A stretch of DNA of 64,000 nucleotides from Limisphaerales bacterium (GCA_965283725.1 CBDIPT010000002.1:537354-601353); one strand, 5' to 3'; shown: positions 35,917 to 45,573, counted from the first letter of the stretch. The notes: generated from the sequence alone by a model not told the origin. Translations and numbers: made by a program.

Positions 35917-36291
35917 ATGAACATCCAAGGTGGATACTGGCTCAACCATTGGTCGAGGCTTTTGCAGGTCTGCTCAAAGATGATTCTTGCCAAAGTGATT
36001 CGACCAATTGGCTTTCAAGCCTCAATGCGGGCAGCTTTTTTGTTCCAGCCGATGCTTGGCATTGTAATCACAAAGCTACTGCTAGTTTTCCCTCAGAACC
36101 GGCTAGTTGATGTTTTGCATAGCTTGGTTGGCGTGATTTATGTTCTCGGGCCGTTGATTACGATCTGCCGTTGTCATTGTCTGGAAGAGACAGATTTTGT
36201 GCTAAGATCCGTGAAAATAATCTGCACACTTTTTGTTTGGTGGCTTTGGATGGCGTTTTTATTGGCCATATTTCTGCCAATGAGCATGTGA
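35917..36291 (+). CDS. small hydrophobic hypothetical protein in an AT-rich islet
   Basis: ATG at 35917 inside ORF 35908-36291. Visibly AT-richer than its neighbours and flanked by R1 repeats on both sides. Confidence 0.45.
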   Translation: MNIQGGYWLNHWSRLLQVCSKMILAKVIRPIGFQASMRAAFLFQPMLGIVITKLLLVFPQNRLVDVLHSLVGVIYVLGPLITICRCHCLEETDFVLRSVKIICTLFVWWLWMAFLLAIFLPMSM

Positions 36292-36344
36292 CCGTGATGC
36301 AACGGAGTCGCAGCAGCGGCGCCTTGCCTAGATAAGATTTCGGC

Positions 36345-36417
36345 GTAGCCGATGACGTAATGAGGCGGAACTTGCATAAAAAAGAGGTCAGTTCTGCCTC
36401 CTTACGTCGGCAGCTAC
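36345..36417. repeat. R1 repeat plus inverted copy forming a long imperfect hairpin
   Basis: gtagccgatgacgtaatgaggcggaac (36345-36371), a 19-nt loop, then gttctgcctccttacgtcggcagctac (36391-36417). Confidence 0.75.
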
Positions 36418-36468
36418 GTTGTAGTGGCACTTGCTTTCGGGTAACGCGCGTATGATGTTACCCGCCAA

Positions 36469-37398
36469 GTGGCACGTGGTATCTCCATGTTGGTTTTGCT
36501 CTGGGCGTTTGCGCTGACCGGTTACACGCAATCGGTCCAGACCTTGCAGTGGCCGACCAAGTATGCGGCCAAACCGCCAACCAATCTTGATGCCCGCTGG
36601 CTGGCCACCTTTCGCGTGGGGCTATCCAGCATCACTGAGGCGCAAGCGGTGGGCCTGAGCGGTCCGGCGGCGCAGGCGTTAGGTTTGCCGCAGGAACAGG
36701 CGGGGCGCTTGCAGCGGTTGCTCGTGCCGCTCTACGACCAGATCAAGCAGGACGACGTCTTCAAGTCCACCCGTTCCGCGCTGCCGTTTTGCTACTCGGA
36801 GGCCACGCCGACGAACGGGTTTGCCACGGTCTATTTCCCGGAGAAGCTGGATACAAACAAGGCACCCATAATTTTTCTGCACGGTTATGGCGGCAGTTTC
36901 CTGTGGCCGGTCTACCTGCTGGCACGGACGTTTCCGGACCGCCTTATCATCGCGCCCGCTTTTGGGCTGAGCGGAGCGAATATCCATCCGCTCTATTTGC
37001 AACAGGCCATGCGCGCCACCCAGGAGGCGTTGAAACTGGATGAGTTGCCGGGGAAACCCGTTCTCATCGGCCTCTCTGCTGGCGGCACAGGCGTGATGCA
37101 GATCTATGGTGCGCGGGCGATCAACTACACGGGGGCTATCTGTCTCGCGACGTATCCGCCGAGTGAGATGACGCGCTCTTTCCGGGCCGGGCACAAGCTG
37201 GGTTTCATCTGCGGAAGCAAGGAGTTCTATGTGCAGAACCAGATGCTCGCGAAAGGGATTGATGCTTTGCAGCAACGGGGTGCCAGCGTTACCCATCAGG
37301 TTTTGAAGAATGCCGATCATTTTTTCTTCGCCGAGTTTCCCTTGGCGACCGAGGAGTTGTTGCAAGCCGCCGTAAAACGATTGGAAACGGAAAAATAG
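36469..37398 (+). CDS. secreted alpha/beta hydrolase
   Basis: N-terminal signal-like segment. IIFLHGYGGSF and the nucleophile elbow IGLSAGGTG. Confidence 0.75.
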   Translation: MARGISMLVLLWAFALTGYTQSVQTLQWPTKYAAKPPTNLDARWLATFRVGLSSITEAQAVGLSGPAAQALGLPQEQAGRLQRLLVPLYDQIKQDDVFKSTRSALPFCYSEATPTNGFATVYFPEKLDTNKAPIIFLHGYGGSFLWPVYLLARTFPDRLIIAPAFGLSGANIHPLYLQQAMRATQEALKLDELPGKPVLIGLSAGGTGVMQIYGARAINYTGAICLATYPPSEMTRSFRAGHKLGFICGSKEFYVQNQMLAKGIDALQQRGASVTHQVLKNADHFFFAEFPLATEELLQAAVKRLETEK

Positions 37399-37578
37399 CC
37401 ATTGCCCGGCTGGCAGCTACCTTCTTGGTGCGGATGGGGCGCAAGGTCATCCCGCGCATCGCTTCCCAGCGCAAGCCGGTGGCTTAGGTGGCGGGCAATT
37501 CAGCGTTGCAAGTTTTGTTCCGCTGCCTTTCCCTTTCGGCAGCACTGGCCGTAAATCACAAGCGAGAGGGCTAAGCGG

Positions 37579-38331
37579 ATGGAATTGACGGGGGATACCA
37601 TAGGAATTATCGGACTAGGGAGTTTGCTTTATAGCATCTTCTGGCTGGTGATGGTCATTGATGCCTTCCGCCGGGAGGAGTGGGTCTGGTTTGTGTTTTT
37701 GTTGATCGCCTGGCCGGTCACAGCCTTTCTCTACTACTTCCAAATTTACCGTGATGGCGGCGGTGGCTTGAATCAAGGTTTTGAACTTCCCGGTGCGCAT
37801 GACCGGCGGCGCATCAAGGAGTTGCAGGCGCAGATCCATCATCTCGACAAAGCGCATCATTATTCCCAGTTGGCCGACATCTATTTTCAACAAGGCAAGC
37901 TGGATAAGGCCGAGGTGAACTACAAGCTGGCCATGGAACGTGATGCGGCGGATCCCGACACGCGTGCGCATTACGGCCAATGCCTCTTGCGCTTGAAACG
38001 GCCGAACGATGCCTTGCCATTGCTGGACGCGGTTTGCCGGGAGGTGCCCAAGCACGATTACGGGCATACGCGGATGGCGCTGGCAGAAACCTTGGCAGCG
38101 TTGGGGCGGCGGGATGAGGCGATCCAGACATTTGAGCAAGTCTTGCAGGCGAATGGTTACGCCCGGGCCAAGGTGCAAGTCGCGGAGCTCTATTTGCAGG
38201 CCAACCGCTTGGAAGAAGCGCGCGGGATGGTGCGGGAAGTCATCGAGGATGATGCCCATGCGCCGGGGTTTCAACGCAAGCGTGATCGTGTCTGGGTGCG
38301 CCGCGCCAAGAAAATGCGCGGCAAAGTTTGA
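37579..38331 (+). CDS. membrane protein with PLD-nuclease-N-terminal-type (PLDc_N) TM hairpin and TPR repeats
   Basis: VIDAFRREEWVWFVFLLIAWPVTAFLYYF, followed by TPR-like AHHYSQLADIYFQQGKLDKAEVNYKLAMERD.... Confidence 0.7.
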   Translation: MELTGDTIGIIGLGSLLYSIFWLVMVIDAFRREEWVWFVFLLIAWPVTAFLYYFQIYRDGGGGLNQGFELPGAHDRRRIKELQAQIHHLDKAHHYSQLADIYFQQGKLDKAEVNYKLAMERDAADPDTRAHYGQCLLRLKRPNDALPLLDAVCREVPKHDYGHTRMALAETLAALGRRDEAIQTFEQVLQANGYARAKVQVAELYLQANRLEEARGMVREVIEDDAHAPGFQRKRDRVWVRRAKKMRGKV

Positions 38332-38376
38332 ATCCGGGGGGATTTGCAGGCACATTGACCCCAAGCCATTTTTAGC

Positions 38377-40932
38377 ATGAGGACAATGAACCTGTTCCAG
38401 TTCGCGTCGGTGGTGGTCGCCAGTCTGCTGGTCACCGCCGGTTTGTCTGCCCAGACCGTCATCGAGCCGGCCGCCGGCCGCTACTTCATCTCCAGCACGG
38501 GGAATGATCAATGGAGCGGGAAGCAGGTGGGCCCCAATGCCACCCGTACCGATGGTCCATTTGCCACCGTGGGTCGCGCGCTGGAGGAGATGCGCAAGCA
38601 ACCGCTGAAGTGCGTCACCTATGTGCGTGGCGGTATCTATCATCTTTCCGCCCCGATCGAGATCAAACCGGAAGACTCCGGTCACAAGCTGGAGGCATAT
38701 CCGGGCGAGAAACCGGTGATCAGCGGTGGCATTCCAGTGCGTGGCTGGGCTCCGGCTCCGAACAATAACAACCTGTGGGTGGCGAAGGTGCCTGAGGTGC
38801 AGACGAAACGGCTTTTCGCCGGGCAGTTCTGGGTGGACACGGAATTGCAGACGCGGGCGCGATATCCCAACGTTGACCCGGCCAACCCGGCGACGAGCGG
38901 CTGGAACTTCGTCATCAATGAGGGACCGGGCATCGGCGCGTTTGGGGCGGTGATCGCCAAGATCAACAACGCCGGGGACTGGGTGGAGTGGACCGTGAAC
39001 GCACCCGCAGAGGGGGCGTACAAGGTGGCGTTCTATTACAGCACACAGAATTCGCAGGCGGGCTTTAACAACATGGCTGGCCGCACTTCCATCCAAGTGG
39101 GAACGCAGCCGCCGGTCACCGTGCAAAACCTGCCCGAGAGCGCCGGCGGGTTGAGCTTCTACCAATGGCGGGTGGTGGCGACGGTGCAGTTGAGCCAAGG
39201 GCCGCAGGCCTTGCGCTGGAACAATCTGCAAGGAGGTTTCATCAACCTGGACGCCATCGCGCTGAGCGATGATCCCGCGTGGAATCCGGCGGGCAGTGCG
39301 CTGGCGCGTCCCGCCACGCCGGGCAAACAATTGATCGTCATCCAGGCAGAATCGTTTTCCGCCGCGAATGCGAAAGACATGGTAAAGCCCGCCACGGGGA
39401 TGGCGACGTCCAAGGGCAAGTTCCAGTTCCGCGCGGGTAACGTGAAGGACTACCCCAAGTCACCCGAGGTGGAGGTCAATATGTTCACCGGGCCGGGTTG
39501 GCTGAACACCATCATGCAGGTGCGCAGCATCGATCAGGAGAAGCGCACGCTGACCTTGCAGCCGACGATCAGTGCGGCGTTTGATATCCTGCCGGGCAAC
39601 CGCTATTACATCGCCAATGCGTTTGAAGAGCTGGACACGCCGGGCGAGTGGTATCTGGACCGTGCTTCCGGCAATCTTTACTTCTGGCCGCCCAAGCCGG
39701 GTTCCAGGACCGGGGGACGTTCCTGCCGGTGCTGGATCGCTTGATCGAGTTCAAGGGCAGTCCGGCGCAGAACAAGTGGGTGGAGGAATTCACCATCAAA
39801 GGCTTTGAGTTCCGGCACACGACGTATTCACGCACCGTCCAGCCATCCGCGGCAAACGATGCGGCCGTCTGGCTCATCGGTGCGCGCAAGTGTGTGCTGG
39901 AGGGGAACCGCTTCGTGAACCTGGGCGGGCATGCCATCAAGCTCGAGAACAAATCCGCCGGCAACGAGATCGTGGGCAATGAACTGACGGGACTTGGGGA
40001 GGGTGGCATTATTTTCACCGGATCGGCGGCCACGCAAGCCACGGGCAATCTCATCGCGGGGAATTGGATCCACCACATTGGTGATGTTTACAAACACGTG
40101 GCCGGGGTGATGGTGAACACCGGTGGCGGCAACCGCATCGCCAACAATCTGTTCGAGCACTTGCCGCGCATGGCCGTCTCGCTCAAGAGCATGGATGCCG
40201 GTAATTACTCGCACACGAACGTGGTGGAGTTGAATGACATCCAGTTCGTGAACTTGGAGACAGGTGATAGCGGGGCGATCGAATCGCAAGGCCGCCACCG
40301 CAAGGACACCGGCAATGTCATCCAATACAATCGTATCCGGGACACGGGCGGCCTGACGGCGGATACCGAGGGCAAGTTGCGCGGGCCGTACGCCACGTGG
40401 GGCATCCGCCTGGATGATTACACCAGCGGCACGTTGGTGAAGGGGAACATTGTGATCCGTTCCGTGCGCGGTGGGGTCGGGGTGATCGGCGGCCGGAACA
40501 ATCTCATCGAGAACAACATTTTCATAGATGGCGCGGAATACAGGCGGCCTATGTGGTCGGAGACGCCAACACCACGAGCAACCGGTTCATCCGCAATATT
40601 GTGATGTTCAAAGATCCGCAGGCCGCCTTGTTCCATGCAGGGGGGACATGGGCCAACTCCGTGCTCTCGCAATCAGACCGCAACCTCTACTGGCACAGCC
40701 AGGAGCCGCGTATTTCACCGGCGCGAAGATCACGCCCAAGGGAACGCTGAAAACCTGGCAGGCGAGCGGGTTTGATCAGAATTCCATGCTGGCCGATCCC
40801 ATGTTCATGAATGCCGCGCAGGATAATTATCAGCCCGCGAACGCATCCCCCGCGAAGCAACTTGGCTTTGAGGAGATTCCCTTCGCGAAGATCGGATTGC
40901 AGGGATTTGACCGGTCGTGGAAAAAGAAATGA
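38377..40932 (+). pseudogene. secreted right-handed parallel beta-helix protein with CBM-like insert, interrupted by three single-base frame changes
   Basis: Signal peptide MRTMNLFQFASVVVASLLVTAGLSAQT. The sequence continues across ORFs 38377-39744, 39648-40604, 40553-40750 and 40528-40932. Breaks near 39698-39704, 40537-40539 and 40705-40710. Confidence 0.75.
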
Positions 40933-40936
40933 GCTG

Positions 40937-42379
40937 ATGAAGGGGCTCCGCCAGTTGTGGTTCGGCTGGTTGCTGCTGGCGCAGGCGGTATCTGTTCAAG
41001 CGGTGGAACAGCTCGTTGCCACGGTAAAGGAGTTCGCGGCCTTTCAGCGCGCGGCCAAGCCGGGAGACATCCTCATCCTCAAAGATGGTGTGTGGGCGGA
41101 TACCGAGTTGCTGTTCGATGCGCAGGGCGAAGCGGGCCAGCCCATCACACTGCGGGCGCAGACGCCGGGCAAGGTGGTGCTGACGGGCAAGTCGCGGTTG
41201 CGTATTGGCGGGCAGCATCTGGTGGTGGAAGGGTTGTGGTTCAAGGAGGCGAAAGAGCGCCAGCATGACGTCATCGAGTTCCGTGCCACTTCGGTCAAAC
41301 CAGCGCTGAATTGCCGTCTGACCGGTTGCGCTATCACGAGTTTGAATCCGCCAGATAAAAAGCGGGATTACAAGTGGGTCTCCCTCTATGGCGTCAGCAA
41401 TCGCGTGGATCACTGTTACTTCGGCGGGAAGCAGCATGCGGGCACGACGTTGGTGGTGTGGGTGGGAGACAAGCCGAATTACCATCAGATAGACCACAAT
41501 CACTTCGGGCCGCGTCCGCGTTTGGGCGAGAACGGGGGCGAGACCATTCGCGTGGGCACGAGCGAGGTGTCCATGAACAACTCCCGCACGGTCGTGGAGT
41601 TCAATCTCTTTCAGGAATGCAATGGTGAGGTGGAGATCGTGTCCAACAAGTCCTGCGAGAACATCTATCGGCACAATACGTTCTTGAACTGCGAAGGAGC
41701 GATGACATTGCGGCATGGCAACCGGTGCGTGGTGGAGGCGAATTACTTTCTCGGCAATCACCGCAAGAACACGGGCGGCGTGCGGGTTATCGGGGAAGAT
41801 CATCGCGTGGTGAACAATTTGTTCTCCGAGTTGGAGGGAGTGGAGGCAAGGTCGGCTCTGACGTTAATGAACGGGCTGAAGGATTCGCCGCTGCACGGCT
41901 ATTTTCAGGTGAAGCGGGCGGTGATCGCGTTCAATACGTTCTCCAACTGCCAATCTTCGGTGTTGATCGGCTATGTGAGTGATAATCCGAAGGGCGGAGA
42001 TTTACCGCCGTTGGATTGTGTGTTTGCGAACAACTTGCTGGAGTCAGCCAAGGTGCCTTTGATCAAGGTGGAGACGGTGCCGCAAAACTGGAAGTGGCAG
42101 GGGAATATCGCGATTGGAGATGCTGGCATGGCGATTTCCGCTGGAATTGACCAGATTGATGCGAAGGGCAAAGACTGGCGTCCTGCTGGTGCTCCGATGG
42201 ACTACAGTCGCACAGTTGGTAAAGGGGTGGCCGGTTTTCCTGAGGTTGAGGAGGATATCGAAGGTCAGCCGCGATATGCGGTGAAAGATGTTGGTTGCGA
42301 CCAGAAGTCTGTGGCACCCGTAAAGTATAAGATTCTGACAAAAGAGACGACGGGGCCGGGATGGTTGAAGGAGAGGTGA
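40937..42379 (+). CDS. polysaccharide lyase family 6-like (chondroitinase B / alginate lyase fold) protein
   Basis: ATG at 40937 with signal peptide MKGLRQLWFGWLLLAQAVSVQA. ILILKDGVWADTELLFDAQGEAGQPITLRAQTPGKVVLTGKSRLRIGGQHLVVEGLWFK resembles PL6 N-termini. Confidence 0.7.
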   Translation: MKGLRQLWFGWLLLAQAVSVQAVEQLVATVKEFAAFQRAAKPGDILILKDGVWADTELLFDAQGEAGQPITLRAQTPGKVVLTGKSRLRIGGQHLVVEGLWFKEAKERQHDVIEFRATSVKPALNCRLTGCAITSLNPPDKKRDYKWVSLYGVSNRVDHCYFGGKQHAGTTLVVWVGDKPNYHQIDHNHFGPRPRLGENGGETIRVGTSEVSMNNSRTVVEFNLFQECNGEVEIVSNKSCENIYRHNTFLNCEGAMTLRHGNRCVVEANYFLGNHRKNTGGVRVIGEDHRVVNNLFSELEGVEARSALTLMNGLKDSPLHGYFQVKRAVIAFNTFSNCQSSVLIGYVSDNPKGGDLPPLDCVFANNLLESAKVPLIKVETVPQNWKWQGNIAIGDAGMAISAGIDQIDAKGKDWRPAGAPMDYSRTVGKGVAGFPEVEEDIEGQPRYAVKDVGCDQKSVAPVKYKILTKETTGPGWLKER

Positions 42380-42383
42380 AGAG

Positions 42384-42420
42384 GTTAACCGCGAAATACG
42401 CTAAATACACGAAAAGGGGA
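42384..42420. repeat. GTTAACC-headed intergenic repeat R3 (gttaaccgcgaaatacgctaaatacacgaaaagggga)
   Basis: Near-identical copy at 49084-49119. A truncated copy is at 54132-54164. Confidence 0.8.
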
Positions 42421-42425
42421 AAGAC

Positions 42426-42447
42426 GCGCCGAACTGGAATTCGGCGC
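42426..42447. terminator. hairpin between convergent genes (weak T-run)
   Basis: gcgccgaa (42426-42433) pairs with ttcggcgc (42440-42447). Confidence 0.45.
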
Positions 42448-42454
42448 TCCGCTT

Positions 42455-43882
42455 TTAGAAACGGGCGACTTCGGTGAAGGCAGTGTGATTCAAGCTAAAG
42501 CCATTCCCGAACGGGGCATGGTTGATGGTTTTTAAAGCGATGCGACCGTCTTGAATGGTCAGGCTGGGCCAGCCTTGCGCGGTTGGGTGATAAAGATCGG
42601 GATGGGCGGTGAGCATTTGCTGCTGCACTTCTGCGGAATACGCTGAGAGGCCGGCGACGTAGTGGTGGCCGTTACGTTCTACGCTTTCGATACCGAGCGC
42701 GCCGGTCACGGCGAGGTCTTGCAGGAGCGCGATGGGGCCTTGGTTGCAGAGGTCTTCGCCGCTCATGAGCCATGGACGACTGGGTTGGATTTGCGCGCGG
42801 TGCAGCAGGAGGCAGCGGTTCGCGATTCCCTTGAAAACGCCCTTGCAATTCTTATGGCTCGTGCCCGCGTAGCCGAGGCTGAGGGCACGTGGCAAGCTGC
42901 CGAGCTCGCCATCGGATTCATCAATGATGATGGGCGGGTGATCGGGCCAGGCGGCGAGTGCGTGGCCGACAGCCTCGGTCAGCGCGTAGTCGCGGTGCAG
43001 CGGTTGTTCAACGAAAAGGAGATGCTGCAGAAAAAATCTTAGTGAAGGCTCGTCATGCAAGGATTCCCAGAAGGTGCGAAAGGCTTCGATGGTCTTGAAC
43101 TGCTCGTTGCCATCCAGACTGAAGGCGTAATCGGCCGGCGCGTGCTGGTCTAGAATGGTGGCGATTTGCTGGAGACGGGTGAGGTCGGTAGCGGGTTGGC
43201 CATTTACTTTGAGCTTGAAATGGCGCAGGCCGTAGGTGCGGATGCAGTCCTCAAGCGATTGTGGCAGGCCATCGTGCAAACGACTGGCTTCGGTGATTTC
43301 ACTAGCGGCGAGCGGGTCCGCGAGGCCGACGGTGTGACGGGCGATGATGGAAGGGAGCGGTTGTGACGGTAGCAGGTCACGTGGCGCCACACCGGCCAGC
43401 TCGGGATGGATGGCGGCGAGGTGAATACCGAGTCTTCCATCGTGCAAGAGCGTGGCAAAGGGTTTGCCGGTGGCGCGGCAGGCGGCATCAATCAAAGCGC
43501 GCTCAACGAGCGAAGTGCCGAAGTGGGCGAGCAAAGGCGGGGTGTTCTGCTGTGCTGCCCAGTTGCCTTGTTGCTGGTAGAGTTCAAACAATAGTGCGAA
43601 CGCGTTCTGAGCCTGCTTGTTCACGGCCAGCGAAATGGCGTGCTGGATGACGTGGAGCATCTCCGCGATCTCCAACTGCGGGTCTTTCTCAGGGATTTTC
43701 GTGAACCATTTTGGTGGGAGCAAATCAGACGAGATGCCTTCGCTGCGGCGACCATCCACCTCGCAAACCAGGCGCACGAAGACTTGCGGCATGTGCATCA
43801 TCGTGGCGATGCCATAGCGGAACGGCATGCGCGTATGCAGGTCGATGCGATGGATGCTGCCTTCGAGGATGCGGATGTTCAT
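42455..43882 (-). CDS. enolase-superfamily enzyme (mandelate racemase/muconate lactonizing enzyme-like)
   Basis: RHFKLKVNG (KxK), LDGNEQF, LLFVEQPL and IIIDESD line up with the MR-subgroup metal-ligand pattern. Confidence 0.7.
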   Translation of the reverse strand: MNIRILEGSIHRIDLHTRMPFRYGIATMMHMPQVFVRLVCEVDGRRSEGISSDLLPPKWFTKIPEKDPQLEIAEMLHVIQHAISLAVNKQAQNAFALLFELYQQQGNWAAQQNTPPLLAHFGTSLVERALIDAACRATGKPFATLLHDGRLGIHLAAIHPELAGVAPRDLLPSQPLPSIIARHTVGLADPLAASEITEASRLHDGLPQSLEDCIRTYGLRHFKLKVNGQPATDLTRLQQIATILDQHAPADYAFSLDGNEQFKTIEAFRTFWESLHDEPSLRFFLQHLLFVEQPLHRDYALTEAVGHALAAWPDHPPIIIDESDGELGSLPRALSLGYAGTSHKNCKGVFKGIANRCLLLHRAQIQPSRPWLMSGEDLCNQGPIALLQDLAVTGALGIESVERNGHHYVAGLSAYSAEVQQQMLTAHPDLYHPTAQGWPSLTIQDGRIALKTINHAPFGNGFSLNHTAFTEVARF

Positions 43883-43976
43883 GCTGGTTTGCCTAAACTA
43901 TACTAACCTTGCTTTCAAAGTCTCAAGGCTGCAACGTCTATTAGATTCTCACAACGACTGCTGAAAACGCCAAGGC

Positions 43977-45005
43977 ATGAATATTGAACAAGGGCATAAG
44001 TGGCTATTTGAGCTCACAAATTTTCGCGTCCACATGTGTGATGAGAAAACCATCTCGCCGGTTCCTGGCGACGCTCCCAAAGGGACATTGCCTGGTTGGA
44101 AAAGGAACCTTATCTCGTTCGATTTACCTGATAGGCAGTGGACTCTGATTGATTACACGATTCCCGATAGGCCTACCCGTGATGAAATTGAAGGTAGTAC
44201 GTTAATTAGCGGCGAACTTTTCACGGAAATTAAACCGCACGACAACTTAGATGAGATTCTGGAGACCGTTGACATTTTATGCATGTTACTCTCTTTTGCG
44301 TTAGGTCGAGGCATTGCTGCTCCTGATTGTTATAAGCAGTCAGATGAAAATGTAACTTTTGTTCGCAGCCGCAGTATGCGAATGGATTTGTATGCTGACG
44401 GCGGGTATGCTCTCATCGAAAACTCGCGAAAAGGACAGTTACGTTCGTTTCTGGAATGTGCCTATCCTATCGTTTTAAAAAAGAAGGGATGGTGGCTTAA
44501 AACTCTAGATTTCTCAATTCAGGCTCGGATGAGTGTGTTTCTCGAAATTCAAGCATCTCTTTCGAATGTTCTTTTGGATAGGATAGCCGCGTTCTATCCA
44601 GAAAATCGTGTTGGAGGGGAAATCGACGAGACTTTAGATGAGGTAATCAATGATCCACAATTCAAGAGGCAGATAACGGAATTAATCGAAGAGTATTGCG
44701 CTGGTTGGACTCAAAAACGGACTGAGGAATACATAATCCAGCACCTTGCTAACTGTAATAAACGCCCTTCATTCGCTAATGGCATCAAACGGGTCCACCG
44801 TCTGAACAATTTGGAAGAGCCTAAAGGCAAATTTTTGAGTCAACGTCACAAACTACTTCACGAAGGCGATTTGACTGACGGAGATGATGATGCCGCTAAA
44901 TACGTTAATCAACTCTTTGCAATGACCGGGCGATTGCTGCTCAAAATGCTCGGCTATTCTGGTCGTTACTATGACATATCCAGTGGCGCATATGCTTTAA
45001 TTTAA
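43977..45005 (+). CDS. hypothetical protein with C-terminal HEPN-like Rx4H motif (candidate ApeA/Abi-type RNase)
   Basis: 342-aa ORF in AT-rich DNA. SQRHKLLHEG is encoded at 44838-44867 (R 44844-44846, H 44859-44861), followed by the helix AAKYVNQLFAMTGRLLLKML. Confidence 0.75.
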   Translation: MNIEQGHKWLFELTNFRVHMCDEKTISPVPGDAPKGTLPGWKRNLISFDLPDRQWTLIDYTIPDRPTRDEIEGSTLISGELFTEIKPHDNLDEILETVDILCMLLSFALGRGIAAPDCYKQSDENVTFVRSRSMRMDLYADGGYALIENSRKGQLRSFLECAYPIVLKKKGWWLKTLDFSIQARMSVFLEIQASLSNVLLDRIAAFYPENRVGGEIDETLDEVINDPQFKRQITELIEEYCAGWTQKRTEEYIIQHLANCNKRPSFANGIKRVHRLNNLEEPKGKFLSQRHKLLHEGDLTDGDDDAAKYVNQLFAMTGRLLLKMLGYSGRYYDISSGAYALI

Positions 45006-45081
45006 TTTGTCCTGACCTGGGTCGAAATCTTTCGATTGCCTGCCCTTTGACAATTCGCCGCGCCTTGTTAGGTTGCAGGGT

Positions 45082-45573
45082 ATGGATGCGTTGCACGCCC
45101 CTTGGCGGATTGACTATATCCTCGGGCCGAAAGGACCGAAGGATGGGCGCTCCATTTTCACGCAGATCGCCGAGTCGAGTGACGATGTGGCGAATTACGT
45201 CATCGCGCGGGGCAAGTCGTGCTACGCGGTGCTGAACCGTTACCCCTACAATGGCGGGCACATCATGACGGTGCCGTACAAGCAGGTGCCGGACTTCAAT
45301 GGCCTCACGGACGCGGAGATGCTGGAGCTGATGCAGCTCACGCGGCGTTGCCAGGCGGCGTTGACGCAGGTGATGAAGCCGCATGGGTTCAACATCGGGG
45401 TGAACCTTGGGCAGGTCGCGGGGGCGGGGATCGTGGAACACTTGCACATCCATATTGTGCCGCGGTGGAACGGAGATGTGAACTTCATGCCGGTCATCGG
45501 GAGCACGGCGATCATTCCGGAAGCATTGACGGATACGGCGGCGAAGCTCCGGGCCGCCTTGTTAACCCTCTGA
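45082..45573 (+). CDS. HIT (histidine triad) family hydrolase
   Basis: HLHIHIVPRW histidine-triad motif. ATG at 45082 (MDALHAPWRIDYI). Confidence 0.88.
   Translation: MDALHAPWRIDYILGPKGPKDGRSIFTQIAESSDDVANYVIARGKSCYAVLNRYPYNGGHIMTVPYKQVPDFNGLTDAEMLELMQLTRRCQAALTQVMKPHGFNIGVNLGQVAGAGIVEHLHIHIVPRWNGDVNFMPVIGSTAIIPEALTDTAAKLRAALLTL

Noticed and set aside
36425-36439. Sigma-54 promoter-like TGGCAC upstream of the alpha/beta hydrolase gene
   Set aside because: GG-N10-GC spacing is not met: the nearby TTGC is only 5 nt after the GG, and the base pair at the correct distance is CG.
37615-39330. Minus-strand 571-aa ORF
   Set aside because: It is antisense to the TPR protein and the beta-helix protein. 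It has no start context or motifs, which is typical of an open antisense frame in GC-rich DNA.
45013-45077. attC-like pair (tcctgac … gttaggt) just downstream of the first HEPN-candidate gene
   Set aside because: Only the GTTAGGT core fits the consensus. The upstream core has G instead of A, internal complementarity is poor, and no matching site precedes the gene. It is noted only as something an attC covariance model could re-examine.
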